DNA of 64,000 nt. It comes from Methanothermococcus sp. Ax23. GTDB lineage: Archaea > AGJL01 > Methanococci > Methanococcales > Methanococcaceae. This document shows positions 41,882 through 53,086 of the stretch, in pieces; the stretch's first letter is position 1; each line of letters begins with the position of its first letter. The notes below the pieces were generated by a model. It was not told where the DNA came from. It made no database searches and saw only the letters and a list, made by a program, of their open reading frames with translations. Made by a program: the position numbers and the translations under genes. The stretch lies in assembly GCF_049075655.1 (NCBI RefSeq), contig NZ_CP157522.1, positions 1,344,001-1,408,000 of the forward strand, in the 5' to 3' direction.

Positions 41882-42126
41882 GTTATCACCTTTTTATTTT
41901 TTATATTTATTTTTTATCTTTTTATTTTTAGCATTATCCTTTATCTTTTAGAAGATATTAAAAATCCTTAGATTTCTATATTTTAATTACTATTTCTTGC
42001 ATCATTAACTACTTCTGCCTAAAAACTGAATGACTTCTAATTTATATGTTTTAACTTTTTATTTGTGTTTTTCCAATTTCGCCCATCTTTGACTATATTA
42101 TGACATTCTCATTTTTATACTTTTTC

Positions 42127-43239
42127 CTAAAATTCATCTTGTGGATATTTTCCCAATATATTTCCTTTCATATCAATTATAATACAGCTGAAATTTATAC
42201 CATCCCATCTATTGCGAGCTCTCTCAATCACCCTATTTGCTATGGCATTAAAAACCTCCGTTAAAACACCTTCTTTTTTTAGAATTTCTATAATTTCCTC
42301 TGTTGTATTGGCATATAACATATTTTTTAAAACTTCTTTATCTTCAATATGTAACGAACTGTATGCAGTCAATACCTCATTTCTTCCATCTGCAACCTTT
42401 GAATGGGTGTTGTATATGCCAGCGGCAAGTTTTATAATTTTCCCAGAATGTCCAAATATTAAAATGTCCTTAACTCCCTTTTCCAATGCTTTATCAAGCA
42501 TAAAATCCCAAAAATTAGAGACTTCAATAATTTGGTCATCGGGTGCATTAAACATCTTCTTTGCATATTTTGTTCCTATATTTCCCGGTGTAAATATCAA
42601 CCTCTTATAATTATTTGCAAGTGCAACATCAATCTGCGGAACAAGGGATTCTTTATAAGCATCGTTTGACATTGGTCTGACTACCCCTGTTGTTCCAAGT
42701 ATTGAAATTCCTCCAACTATTCCAAGCTTTGGATTTAGTGTTTTTTTTGCCAGTTCCCTTCCTTTTGGAACAGATATTTTAACTATGACTCTATCATTTT
42801 CATCAAGTAAATTTATAATATTGTTTATGATGAGCTCTCTTGGTTTTGGATTTATGGCATAATCTCCTTTTTTTATTTGTAGCCCGTCCTTTGTAATTAT
42901 GCCCACACCATCTCCGCCGATGATTTCTACCTTTGGTTTGTTGGATTCGTCCTTTCCATTTATCTTCAAGAGCTCAACTTCTACAATAATATCTATTCCG
43001 TTTGTAATGTCTATATCTTCGCCTGCAAACTTTTTAACAGTTGCAATTGTTTTGTTTTTTTCCTTAATTTCTAAATTTTCAATTGGAATTATTAATTTAT
43101 CTCCCTTATCATTTCCCAATTGCACATAATCCAATTTTATTCCTTTTTTTAAATAATAAACTCCGCAGTAAGCACCAGCTGCGGCACATGAGCCTGTGGT
43201 ATATCCAAACTTTTTTTCTTTCCTAAAATCGTAAATCAT
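42127..43239 (-). CDS. cbiD: Cobalt-precorrin-5B C1-methyltransferase
   Basis: GYTTGSCAAA, AINPKP, TLNPKLGIVGGISILGTTG, THSKVAD. Confidence 0.95.
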   Translation of the reverse strand: MIYDFRKEKKFGYTTGSCAAAGAYCGVYYLKKGIKLDYVQLGNDKGDKLIIPIENLEIKEKNKTIATVKKFAGEDIDITNGIDIIVEVELLKINGKDESNKPKVEIIGGDGVGIITKDGLQIKKGDYAINPKPRELIINNIINLLDENDRVIVKISVPKGRELAKKTLNPKLGIVGGISILGTTGVVRPMSNDAYKESLVPQIDVALANNYKRLIFTPGNIGTKYAKKMFNAPDDQIIEVSNFWDFMLDKALEKGVKDILIFGHSGKIIKLAAGIYNTHSKVADGRNEVLTAYSSLHIEDKEVLKNMLYANTTEEIIEILKKEGVLTEVFNAIANRVIERARNRWDGINFSCIIIDMKGNILGKYPQDEF

Positions 43240-43354
43240 AAATCCCACGGTTTTTTATATTCTATATTATACTATATTGAAAATATTATATTTTTATCTT
43301 AGTTATTCTTTATTTTAATTCTATTTATTTATTATTTTTATAAACAGTGATATT

Positions 43355-44194
43355 ATGCACCAAAAAATAAGAGACATTAGGATAGAAGCGTCATTAAAAA
43401 ATTTAGATTCCCTCTATAATAATCACGTATTAGATGATAATCTATACAATAATTTGAAAAATCTTTTAGAATTAAGAAAAACTGATTTTAACGAGTTTTT
43501 AAATATTATAACAAAAGACGATTATGCAAATCAAAGATTTGCAAAATCCCTCGCTATCGCTCAGGATGAACCAAATAAACTAAAAAACAAACCAAAGGCA
43601 GTAGTGGCTTTTAGTGGTGGCGTAGATAGCACCGCGTCTTCCATAATATCAAAAAAAATCTTCGATGTAATAGGTATCACAGCATATTCCCCCATTGTAA
43701 TGCATCCCAATAATAAAAAAAATATATCACAACTGGCAAAAAAGTTAAACATAAATCATGAATTTATAGATGTTGATTTAAATGAAATTCAAAATGACAC
43801 ATTAAATGGAAAATACCACCCATGCGGAAGATGCCATAAAACCATAGAAAACGCAGTTTTAAACTATGCAAAAGAAAATAATATAAAATACATAATATAC
43901 GGTGATATGCTTTCTGTTGGGCATTTATCAATTGTTCCAGAAGATGATAATGTTTTAAGAATAAATATGCCCTCCTATTTAGTCCTAACAAAAAATGAGA
44001 GCAGAGAAATTTTAAAAAGGAACAACATAACCATATCTCAAAGATACGGATGCCCACTTCTTAAAAGTGCCCATAAATATAATCGAAATAAAAAATTCAC
44101 AATCCAGAGAATTTTAAGAGAAGTCAGAGCTCAGGTTATAGATAAAGATGAAGGTTTAAAGAATATTTTGGATGTTTTGGAATATGATTTGTGA
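43355..44194 (+). CDS. PP-loop ATPase (QueC/adenine nucleotide alpha-hydrolase-like)
   Basis: AFSGGVDST, HPCGRC, YGCPLL. Confidence 0.75.
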   Translation: MHQKIRDIRIEASLKNLDSLYNNHVLDDNLYNNLKNLLELRKTDFNEFLNIITKDDYANQRFAKSLAIAQDEPNKLKNKPKAVVAFSGGVDSTASSIISKKIFDVIGITAYSPIVMHPNNKKNISQLAKKLNINHEFIDVDLNEIQNDTLNGKYHPCGRCHKTIENAVLNYAKENNIKYIIYGDMLSVGHLSIVPEDDNVLRINMPSYLVLTKNESREILKRNNITISQRYGCPLLKSAHKYNRNKKFTIQRILREVRAQVIDKDEGLKNILDVLEYDL

Positions 44195-44198
44195 TAAA

Positions 44199-45182
44199 TC
44201 ATCCAACAGATATTGCAACAGAAACCCCATTCTTTTTAAATTTCTTTAAAATCAAATTTATATCGTTTATATCGTTTATATGATTATTACTTAGTTTTTT
44301 TACCCCCAATATAGAAACAGGTTCAGAAACCCCATAAACTCCAATGGTTTTAAAAACAAAATCGGATTTTATTAAATCGTCCCTAATCTTATAAATCTCG
44401 TTTATATCATCTCTATCAAATATAAACAAATTCTTTTTAAACCTTTTTACAGTTTCTAAAATTCCCCTTTCATCCTTCTTCACATCAACAGTTGCAAAGG
44501 CATCTACTCTCCACATCGGAATATCTCTTAAATACAGTGCCTTTTTAACTGCCCAATATACCTTATGGGATTTGATATTTCTCCGAGCTCCGATACCAAC
44601 AACAATCTTTTTTGGTTTTAAAATTACAGCATCATCTACAACTACATAATTATTATTGTGATATTCTACATTGTATGTATTTAATACATTTTTTAGCGGT
44701 TTCCAGCCGTTAGGAAGGATTAAATCAACTTTTTCATTTAAAACCTTTTTATTTATCTTTAAAATATCCTTTTTCTCTGGCACATCTAAAAAATAAATAT
44801 TGGAAAGCTCATCAATACCTACTTTATTATTCACATCTGTTGCAGTGGTTAAAACAATATTTCCCTTTAATTCCCTTCCAATTAAATTAGAAAAATAGTT
44901 TCCACCACCTAAATGATTTGACAGGATTGGCATTATATTTTTGCCGAGCTCATCTAGGACTATTACAAAGGCATCTTTTGTTTTATCCTTCTTGATTTTA
45001 TCGATATATTTTCTTAAAACGATGCCTGTTGCCATTATAAAAATAAATCCTTTTTCATTTCCATCAATAATTAAATCCCTTGAATGATATATCCCATTAT
45101 CATAAAAATAATAATCTAAAATACATTTAATTTTATTTGCTAAAATTTCACCGTTTTTTGTGATATAAACTATTTTTATCAT
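44199..45182 (-). CDS. cbiG: Cobalt-precorrin-5A hydrolase
   Basis: FIMATGIVLR, LSNHLGG, TTATD, GIGARR, GVSEP. Confidence 0.92.
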   Translation of the reverse strand: MIKIVYITKNGEILANKIKCILDYYFYDNGIYHSRDLIIDGNEKGFIFIMATGIVLRKYIDKIKKDKTKDAFVIVLDELGKNIMPILSNHLGGGNYFSNLIGRELKGNIVLTTATDVNNKVGIDELSNIYFLDVPEKKDILKINKKVLNEKVDLILPNGWKPLKNVLNTYNVEYHNNNYVVVDDAVILKPKKIVVGIGARRNIKSHKVYWAVKKALYLRDIPMWRVDAFATVDVKKDERGILETVKRFKKNLFIFDRDDINEIYKIRDDLIKSDFVFKTIGVYGVSEPVSILGVKKLSNNHINDINDINLILKKFKKNGVSVAISVG

Positions 45183-45723
45183 GAGCTCATCCTTAATGTT
45201 TTGTAATGCGGATTATTCAATTGTATGTCGAAAAAATATAAATAATTATATGCTAAATATTCTTTACTTTTCTATGAATCAACCATGTATTTTTCATATA
45301 TATAGATTTATAAAAATATAATTAATATATGAATGAGGAGGGGAAATTTTGAAAGAATCAGTTTGTTTTTTAATAGGAAATGGATTTAATTATATGATTA
45401 GAGATATTTTGAGAAATGAATTTAATGATAAATATGAAAAATATTCTAACTCACAATTGGCATTCCTTAGGAATTCCATACCTCTCAGAAATAATTTATA
45501 CTCTAGGGATGAAATTAATGAATTTTTAGATAATATCGACAAATTAATAAAACTTTGGGATGAGCCTAAAAACCGTTATGAAAAATTACTTAATAATCTG
45601 AATAACATTAATATAAAGATAAATGAAGAAGAATCTATTGAAGTATTGAACTGTGTAATTAATTATTTGCATGAAATTGGAGCAATAGATGATTGGAATA
45701 AGGATTATCTTTATAATATAAAC

Positions 45724-46768
45724 GAGGTTGTCGAATAATTGAATTAGTAAATTTATTTGGTATCATATGTTAATACTAATATCCTCATTAGTGTTAATAT
45801 GTTATGCACTATCGCTACTGCGATAGTGCTTTTACATCTGCTATCCGCCAACCTGTCATCTAATTTTAACCTGTTTTTAGTCTCCAGCCCTCCAAATATG
45901 GATTCTACTATCCCCCGAAGGCGATACCAATCCTTGTTAAACATGCTCTTAATGGTTTTTCTAACTTTGCTAATATGATACTTCCACTTGAATTCTTTTG
46001 TTTTAACTATTGGAGTGATATTGTGTTGTAGTAAATATTCAAACAATTCACAGCAATCATATCCTCCATCAGCCAGTAGATATTCATTATCTAAAAAATC
46101 AATCTGTTTAACCATTTCCAATAGGTTGGCACTATCGGAACTATAACCTCCGCCCCAACGGGCGGAGATTATTGGAATATATCCTTGTTCTGGATAGTAT
46201 GATGCTAGAACATGCAATTTATCATGCACCAATCGTTTAGTACGTTTCCCTCCGTGAATGCACTCATAGTATAACCTATTTATGGAAACTCCTGTTGAGT
46301 CTGCCATATATAGTTTGTTGGAGGGCTGAGTTAGTAGATTATCTATAATTACATATGTAAAAGTAAGTAAGGTAGATAACCACCAGGTATCTATTCGCTT
46401 GAATGCTTTACCGTATGTGGAATGGTCAATATGTTTGTTATGTAATGTATTTGAGAGTGTCTCTAAATCCCTTAAACTTAGTTTGTAGATATGTTTTAAT
46501 ATTAGAACTACCACATATTCATTATAGGGTAGGGCAGATACCCTACCAACCTTTCGTCCTTCGGTAGAAGGACGATTCAGCATGTTTGTAATGGATAAAA
46601 TCAACGTATAAGTAGTTCTTAGGTCGTATTTCTTATATCTAAGGTCGTATATTCTCCAGTATCCTTTTGTCTTAGGATTGGTCTTTTTCTTTTCTATTTT
46701 CTTTTTTATATTCCCCTTCATAACATGTATTATATGTTATTGATAATTTAATATTTTTCGACAACCTC
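45724..46768 (-). mobile_element. IS5-family (DDE) insertion sequence, 1045 bp
   Basis: Terminal inverted repeats GAGGTTGTCGAA(T/A)AAT; 9-bp target duplication AATATAAAC at 45715-45723 and 46769-46777. Confidence 0.92.
45753..46721 (-). CDS. DDE transposase (IS5/DDE_Tnp_1-like)
   Basis: SLRDLE, MADSTG, LADGGYD, YRLRGIVESIF. Confidence 0.9.
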   Translation of the reverse strand: MKGNIKKKIEKKKTNPKTKGYWRIYDLRYKKYDLRTTYTLILSITNMLNRPSTEGRKVGRVSALPYNEYVVVLILKHIYKLSLRDLETLSNTLHNKHIDHSTYGKAFKRIDTWWLSTLLTFTYVIIDNLLTQPSNKLYMADSTGVSINRLYYECIHGGKRTKRLVHDKLHVLASYYPEQGYIPIISARWGGGYSSDSANLLEMVKQIDFLDNEYLLADGGYDCCELFEYLLQHNITPIVKTKEFKWKYHISKVRKTIKSMFNKDWYRLRGIVESIFGGLETKNRLKLDDRLADSRCKSTIAVAIVHNILTLMRILVLTYDTK

Positions 46769-47653
46769 AATATAAACAAAAAGATGATATCCCAAATAAT
46801 TGGAACCACTGCAAATAAATTGATAGATTTTGAATTGAATAATCGTTATAAGATTTTGGGAAAAGCGTTAGATATTGATGACGAATGGTTTGGAGACGCA
46901 CTATACCAATTGTTTGAAAAAAGTAAGGTTATCACTCATTTTTATACAACAAATTATGATGGAATTTTGGATATTATGTTAATGAGAAACAATGGACGAT
47001 ATTTAAGTGATGGTTTCGAGGCGTATAATAAGGTTGAAATAAAATTTGATAGCGAAGATGCCTGGAATGCATGCAAGTTTAATCTATCAAACTTCCTCAA
47101 GAGCCATAAAAACGACAATATAATTGCCCATTTGCACGGTTCATATAAATTTATCAACACTAAGAGTGGAAAAACTCGCAAACTTATAAAAACCAAGGAT
47201 GGTAATCATCCAATTGGATATTATCCAGTAATTGTATATAACAGTCCAATATTAAAATATGATTTAATTGAACAAATTGATGTCTTAAAGTGGTATTTTC
47301 TACATTTTAGGTTAAGTTTAGGGGAATGCTCAAAACTTGTAATTTGGGGAAATTCACTAAGAACCGACCCGCACATTGTAGATGCAATTTGTCAAAATTT
47401 TGATAAAGAAAAGCCATTATATATTATTGATATTAATCCAAAATCAGTAATAGAACGGCTACAAAATACATGTAAAAATAAAGGATTTGATAAATTCAAA
47501 AATATAAAAACTATCAATAATTTAGGATTTGATGAACCGCCGAAAACAAAAAAAGATTTATTTGAGTTGTTTAAGAAGTTAATCACTGATTGATGTTATC
47601 ATTGTTATGCATTGTTAAAGTTATACATTTTATAGTAAAAAATAAAATATCAC

Positions 47654-48745
47654 TTATTTTATAATCTCTCTAGCAATTTCCTTTGCACATTCTCTTTTTT
47701 CACTTAAATCATTTAGAAACTCTGTAATTTTTTCATAGCACGATTTTTTACACTGTCCGCAGGTGAGCTCACCATTCTTACATTTATCATATATCTCTTT
47801 AAGCTCATTATCATCATCAATTAAATGATAAACATAGAGCTCATACACCACACACTCCTCAGGAATTCCTCCAAGCTTTTTCTGCTCTTCAAGAGTCTCT
47901 CTACCTCCTGTTTTACACGACATTATCTTTTTCCTAAGAGATTTGGATGGCTTATCACTTAAAAATATTGCAGTCTCTGGTTTGGATGAGCTCATCTTAC
48001 CTCCTAAAAGTCCAGTCATGAACCTATGGTATGTTGATGATGGAGGTATAAATTTAAATTCCTTTGCCCTATTTGCTATATCCCTAGTTAATCTTAAATG
48101 AGGGTCTTGGTCAATACCAACTGGAACAACAACCGGATTCTTTTCCTTTAATTGAGGATGAAGTATGTCGGCAACTTGAACAATTGGAGCAAGGATATGC
48201 CCTATATTTGTTTCACCACCAAATCCATATATTGCCCTCATCTCACTAAAATTAACTCGTTTAGCCAATTTCATCGCCAAATCCTTAACCGTCTCATTTT
48301 TTGATTGAAGGTAAACATTTATTTTATTTGGATTTAATCCCAGTGCTATATAGTTTGTAATATACTCCTCAACCGCAAGCTTTTTTGTGGTTTCGAAGTC
48401 CATTCCTCTTGCCCAGTATGCCTCTAAATCAGCTATCGGAATATATATTTCTGTGTTGTAGTTTTGGTAGTAAAGGAGCTGGTCAACTATCATCTTATGT
48501 CCAAAGTGCATTTTACCAGAAGGCATCATACCGCTTAGAACTGTAAATTTTTTACCTTCTTTCATTGATTTTATTATTCTCTCAAAATCTCTATGTCCGA
48601 ATATTATGCCTCTTCTCATAAGATGGTGGGGATTTTCAATATCCTTTAATAAATCTTTAATTGGTTTTATTCCAAAGTTTTCCATTGTTTTTTTATAATC
48701 AACATTATCTGAAACATCCCAAGGTGTTATCAATGTCTCACCCAA
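47654..48745 (-). CDS. trpS: Tryptophan--tRNA ligase
   Basis: ITPW, MPSGKMHFGH, GIDQDPH, KMSSS. Confidence 0.95.
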   Translation of the reverse strand: MGETLITPWDVSDNVDYKKTMENFGIKPIKDLLKDIENPHHLMRRGIIFGHRDFERIIKSMKEGKKFTVLSGMMPSGKMHFGHKMIVDQLLYYQNYNTEIYIPIADLEAYWARGMDFETTKKLAVEEYITNYIALGLNPNKINVYLQSKNETVKDLAMKLAKRVNFSEMRAIYGFGGETNIGHILAPIVQVADILHPQLKEKNPVVVPVGIDQDPHLRLTRDIANRAKEFKFIPPSSTYHRFMTGLLGGKMSSSKPETAIFLSDKPSKSLRKKIMSCKTGGRETLEEQKKLGGIPEECVVYELYVYHLIDDDNELKEIYDKCKNGELTCGQCKKSCYEKITEFLNDLSEKRECAKEIAREIIK

Positions 48746-48852
48746 CTACTTTAATATTTAGTATTATTTATCCATCTATTTAAATTTATTATATATTATA
48801 TTTTATTTTGATTTATTACTTATTTTTTATTTATTGACTCTAATTTACTCAA

Positions 48853-49776
48853 TTATTCAAAGTCATCAGGGAGTTTTGCCGCAATATCGTGATGTTCTGC
48901 AAGTCCAAGTGCCGCAACTGCTCCAATTATTCCTCCATCCTTTTCAAATATTTTAATAATGTCGATATTATTTCTCATTGCCACAGCTTTTGCCTCTTCA
49001 ACAGAAACCATGCCTCTTTTTGCTTTGCAAGTATATAATTTCATGCTTTTTGATGGGGTGATTCCATAATATACTGCCATTGCAGTTTTATCTGACAAAC
49101 TTTTTTCTTTTAAATGATTTTTAATTAATTCCTTGATTTTATATTTATATTTTGGATATACTGCGAAGGTCAGTGCAATAGATACGCAGTTTTGTGTTTT
49201 ATCAGGATTTCCAGGATAAAGCTGAATTATAGTATGGTCTATATAGTATCCAATGCCCTCTTTTTCAACTAATTTTCCAATCTCATTTGCAAGAACCCAG
49301 GTTGCTCCTTCTTCCTTTGTATCAGTATCATCAATACCTATTATTACCTTTTCCATCCTTGGGGTGATTACTACTCCTTTTCCAAGCTTTGAACCGCCAC
49401 CTTCTTCATGCAATATGGCATCAACTACATTTTCGGCATTTTTTCTCAATTCAACACCAACTCCTGCACCAGCCAAACCTGCATAAATAATATGAACATT
49501 ATCATCTTTAACAAAAACCTGCTCAATACCTGCGGCAGATAATGAAGGGACAAGTTTTAACCTGCATTTATCTATTTTTAATATAAAATGGTGATTATTT
49601 CCTTCCCTCCATGCTGAAATAATAAGGGGAGAAGTTCTCTGATATTGATATATTACCCACTGAGCTCCGTTTGGACAAGGGTGTTCTTCTATGAGCTCGA
49701 CAATTCCCAATTCTTCATCAACCATGGCTATTATTTTTTTATATGAAATATCCTCTGCATTGCCGTATTTGTCCAT
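48853..49776 (-). CDS. mmp11: Methanogenesis marker protein 11 (TiaS-like N-terminal fold)
   Basis: YAGLAGAGVG, IGIDDTDTKEEGATW, PDKTQNC, GIIGAVAA. Confidence 0.8.
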   Translation of the reverse strand: MDKYGNAEDISYKKIIAMVDEELGIVELIEEHPCPNGAQWVIYQYQRTSPLIISAWREGNNHHFILKIDKCRLKLVPSLSAAGIEQVFVKDDNVHIIYAGLAGAGVGVELRKNAENVVDAILHEEGGGSKLGKGVVITPRMEKVIIGIDDTDTKEEGATWVLANEIGKLVEKEGIGYYIDHTIIQLYPGNPDKTQNCVSIALTFAVYPKYKYKIKELIKNHLKEKSLSDKTAMAVYYGITPSKSMKLYTCKAKRGMVSVEEAKAVAMRNNIDIIKIFEKDGGIIGAVAALGLAEHHDIAAKLPDDFE

Positions 49777-49793
49777 TTATATCCCTCTTTTAT

Positions 49794-50333
49794 TTATTTT
49801 TCATCTAAATTGGTTAAATGTTGAATAATCTTTTGGTAAATATAATCGTATAACTCTTCATTATTATCATTATCATCTATTTCAAATTTTTGTAATCCAT
49901 AATTTAGTATTATTAATTCGAGCTCCCACTCGACAGTTTCAAGTTCTTTTTTAAGTTCATCTATTTTATTATATATGTCCCATTTTAACGAATCATCAAC
50001 ATTTACCACTATATTTCTCATTTTTTTGATACATTCATTTAACTCATCATAATTTACCACATTTACATTGCTGTTCAGTTCATTTAATTGACATCTAAGT
50101 TTGTTCAATGTGTTTAGGTATTTTCGTAGTTCATTACTTAAAAATTTTGCATCATTGATATTTAAAGTGTTTGAATTATTGTCCAAATCTTTTAATGTAT
50201 CCTCTAAAATGCCTATTTCATTATTTAGGTCTATATATTTTTTTAAATATTCTTTTAATTTTTCAATTTCGCTATATTCTTTATCTTTTAAAAGTATCAA
50301 CTCTGCAATCTTTTTTATTTTATTAATCACCAT
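49794..50333 (-). CDS. Hypothetical coiled-coil protein
   Basis: Clean ORF with GGAGG RBS; heptad-rich. Confidence 0.6.
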   Translation of the reverse strand: MVINKIKKIAELILLKDKEYSEIEKLKEYLKKYIDLNNEIGILEDTLKDLDNNSNTLNINDAKFLSNELRKYLNTLNKLRCQLNELNSNVNVVNYDELNECIKKMRNIVVNVDDSLKWDIYNKIDELKKELETVEWELELIILNYGLQKFEIDDNDNNEELYDYIYQKIIQHLTNLDEK

Positions 50334-50542
50334 CCCCTCCATCCACATATATAAATGACGAACATCTAAATCTTAAATGGGTGAAGTGGGAATCCTCAAA
50401 ATCACTTTTTTATTTTATTACGATAATACAGTATTATACCGATGAATATATTTTAAATCCCCTTCACCACAATAATAAAAGTTTAATAATATGTGTTATA
50501 TATTATTACACCTATTGCTACTATATTTTAGTCATACCATAC

Positions 50543-52279
50543 TCAGTCATATTTTACATGCCTTATATTTGCCAGTGAGCCATGTTTTGCCTTTTTCATT
50601 TCCAGTCCACTCATCAGAGCTCTGCCTACGCCTATTACTTTACCATCATATATTATTACAATTTCATCATTCACAGAAATATTTTCATCGCAATCCTTAA
50701 ATCCCGGAGCAAATAGCGAACCTTTTTTGACTTTAAAATCTACCTCTACCCAATTTGTTTTCCCAAGTAGATTTCCGCCGTCATAGGTTAAAACTAAAAG
50801 CCCATTTTCCTCATTTAAAGAACATATTTGAACTAATTTGTTGTTCTGTTTAACAAAGAATTTTCTATGCCTTCCTTTAATAATTACATCGTCTGGGATA
50901 AAATCTTTATTAAATTGGAACTTTGCAAGCTGTTTGTAGTTGTGTATGAATTGCTGTTTTCTGGTTTTATTGCTTTCATTATCATTGTCGGGATTTTCAT
51001 TTAATACTAATTCCTTTAACTCTTTTAATGTATTTTTTAGATTTTCAAGAGACTTTGTAGATGTTGGATTGTCGTCCTCAGAAGTAATTATATAATTACC
51101 GTATTTTTTATATTCATTTTCATCTAAAATTTCCAAATAATGCTCTGGCAAATGTGCAATTATATTTAACTTCCCAAATTTATCTTTTGCATTATCAAGG
51201 TATTCTTTTAAATGCTTGTTTATAAATTCAATTTCTTCGGAGCTCCACTTTCCAGTAACTGGAATATCATAATCTATTGCACCTTCCAGAGCTCGTGGAA
51301 CTATACCATAGGGGGATGTAAGGATTACCTCCTCAACTGGGAAATTTACCGAGTTTATGGCATTTATGAAAAATTGATGAGATTTTGAATAGGAATATGG
51401 CTTTTTTGATGAACAAGGTAATAAAACGATTGTATTTGTAAATGCCTCATAGTTTTTCACTCGTTCAATGTATTTTTTTACCTCTGGAATGGTGGTTTCA
51501 TCAATGGACACTATAATCTTTTTGCCCTTAGATAGTGGAATGTTTCTTAAATCTGGATTGTATCGCCTATAATTTGCACGGAGATATGGGTCTGATAAAC
51601 TCGTTTCTTCTACAAGGTTTCTTAAACATCCCTCTTTTATACAGTATTTTATCTCTTCAACCACTTCATCTAAAATTGACATGTTATGTTGTAGGAGCTC
51701 ATCAAAAGATTTATTGCTTATCGTCATCATCCTATTTTTTGTAAATTTATATCCAAGGGATGCGTAGTATGATGCAGATGAATAATCAAAATAATCTACA
51801 CCCAAATATGCCAATAAAGGCATTTCCCATGGAAGCGCAGTGGGGAAATATATGGCAGTATTTGGAGAGATTTTTTCCCTTAATTTTGGAATTAACTCAA
51901 CAAGTTCTTTTCTTTTAATTAATCTCCTTCCATCTGCAATTATTATTAAATCAGGTTCTAATTCATTTAAATTAATGTTATCAATATTATCAACATATTT
52001 TCCAAAATTTATAATGCAGTATTTAATCTTTTCTTCATTTTTAAGTTCAACTGTTCCATAGGTTTCTTCTTTATTTACATCTATTAAATAATTTGCAATA
52101 TCTTCTGGACAATCAAATGGTATTTTTAGTAGGGGGAGTTCAATATCATTCAATATATTCTCATCAATCATTTTCGGAGTTATACTTTGGTTATTATTTT
52201 TTTTATTTTTATCATATTGTGCCTTACAATATACTTCCTTGCAAATTCTTCCTATATCATAATAAATTGGTTCAAGCAT
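50543..52279 (-). CDS. arcS: Archaeosine synthase (ArcS/TgtA2) with PUA domain
   Basis: YLGVDYFD, LLPCSSKKPYSYSKSH, TSPYGIVPR, YDIPVTGKW, C-terminal PUA. Confidence 0.9.
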   Translation of the reverse strand: MLEPIYYDIGRICKEVYCKAQYDKNKKNNNQSITPKMIDENILNDIELPLLKIPFDCPEDIANYLIDVNKEETYGTVELKNEEKIKYCIINFGKYVDNIDNINLNELEPDLIIIADGRRLIKRKELVELIPKLREKISPNTAIYFPTALPWEMPLLAYLGVDYFDYSSASYYASLGYKFTKNRMMTISNKSFDELLQHNMSILDEVVEEIKYCIKEGCLRNLVEETSLSDPYLRANYRRYNPDLRNIPLSKGKKIIVSIDETTIPEVKKYIERVKNYEAFTNTIVLLPCSSKKPYSYSKSHQFFINAINSVNFPVEEVILTSPYGIVPRALEGAIDYDIPVTGKWSSEEIEFINKHLKEYLDNAKDKFGKLNIIAHLPEHYLEILDENEYKKYGNYIITSEDDNPTSTKSLENLKNTLKELKELVLNENPDNDNESNKTRKQQFIHNYKQLAKFQFNKDFIPDDVIIKGRHRKFFVKQNNKLVQICSLNEENGLLVLTYDGGNLLGKTNWVEVDFKVKKGSLFAPGFKDCDENISVNDEIVIIYDGKVIGVGRALMSGLEMKKAKHGSLANIRHVKYD

Positions 52280-52394
52280 CTTATCACTTTTTCATTATTA
52301 AAATAGATTAAAAAATATTAAATTATATTTAAAAGTTAAATAAAAATTAAATAATAAATATTATTCTTCTCATATTTATGTGGTTTATTGAAAA

Positions 52395-52988
52395 TTATCC
52401 TATTATAAGTTTTTTTATCTCGAAGGTAACGGAGCTCTCAATTATTCCTGCAATTACAAATAACAGTATGGAAATAAATAATAATCTTAAAGAATCTTTA
52501 CAATCCATAATGTAATTATTATTCTTTTTTAATTTTTTTATCATCCCTTTAAATAGCACTATTCCAGAACTACTGGAAAGTATAAGTGCAGGGATTTCCA
52601 CAATACCATGAGGTAATACCAATAATATAAATGTTAAGGGGTTGTTTATATATAATACATAAGCCAAAATAAAGGCATTTGATATTACAATCAATATTGA
52701 AAATATCGTTAATACATACTCTAAAATTTCAACACTTAAATTATGAGTCAATATATAGTAGAATATATCAAATGAGGATTTATTTTCAAGATTTAATGAA
52801 TTTATATATTCTGAAAATTGCTTAAAAGTCATTTCTCCAATTTCTTTAATCCCTCCAATATCTAAATAAAATAAAATATATGAAATAACAAATGACATTA
52901 AAAATAATATAGCAACAGTATATATGATAGTTTTCTGCCTTTCAAAAGCATATATAATTTCTAATATTTCATATGTTGTTTTACTCAT
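52395..52988 (-). CDS. SpoIIM/DUF95 family membrane protein
   Basis: HN, LPHGIVEIPA, AGIIE. Confidence 0.85.
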   Translation of the reverse strand: MSKTTYEILEIIYAFERQKTIIYTVAILFLMSFVISYILFYLDIGGIKEIGEMTFKQFSEYINSLNLENKSSFDIFYYILTHNLSVEILEYVLTIFSILIVISNAFILAYVLYINNPLTFILLVLPHGIVEIPALILSSSSGIVLFKGMIKKLKKNNNYIMDCKDSLRLLFISILLFVIAGIIESSVTFEIKKLIIG

Positions 52989-53086
52989 ACTTATCACGAA
53001 GTTATTTTTATAAAATTTAGACAATTATTAGATAAAAATATTTTCAATTATAACATAGTTAATGAATTATAAAAATGGGTGAGCTC

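Larger units (their letters stand above)
45349..47593 (+). pseudogene. AbiH/SIR2-like protein gene interrupted by an IS (reconstructs to 396 aa)
   Basis: N part FLIGNGFN; C part YTTNYD, HLHGS, IWGNSL.D.HI; removing the IS and one TSD joins YNIN to KKMISQ in frame. Confidence 0.8.

Noticed and set aside
50350-50410. Possible C/D box sRNA (ATGACGA near 50355)
   Set aside because: No convincing CTGA D box or terminal stem
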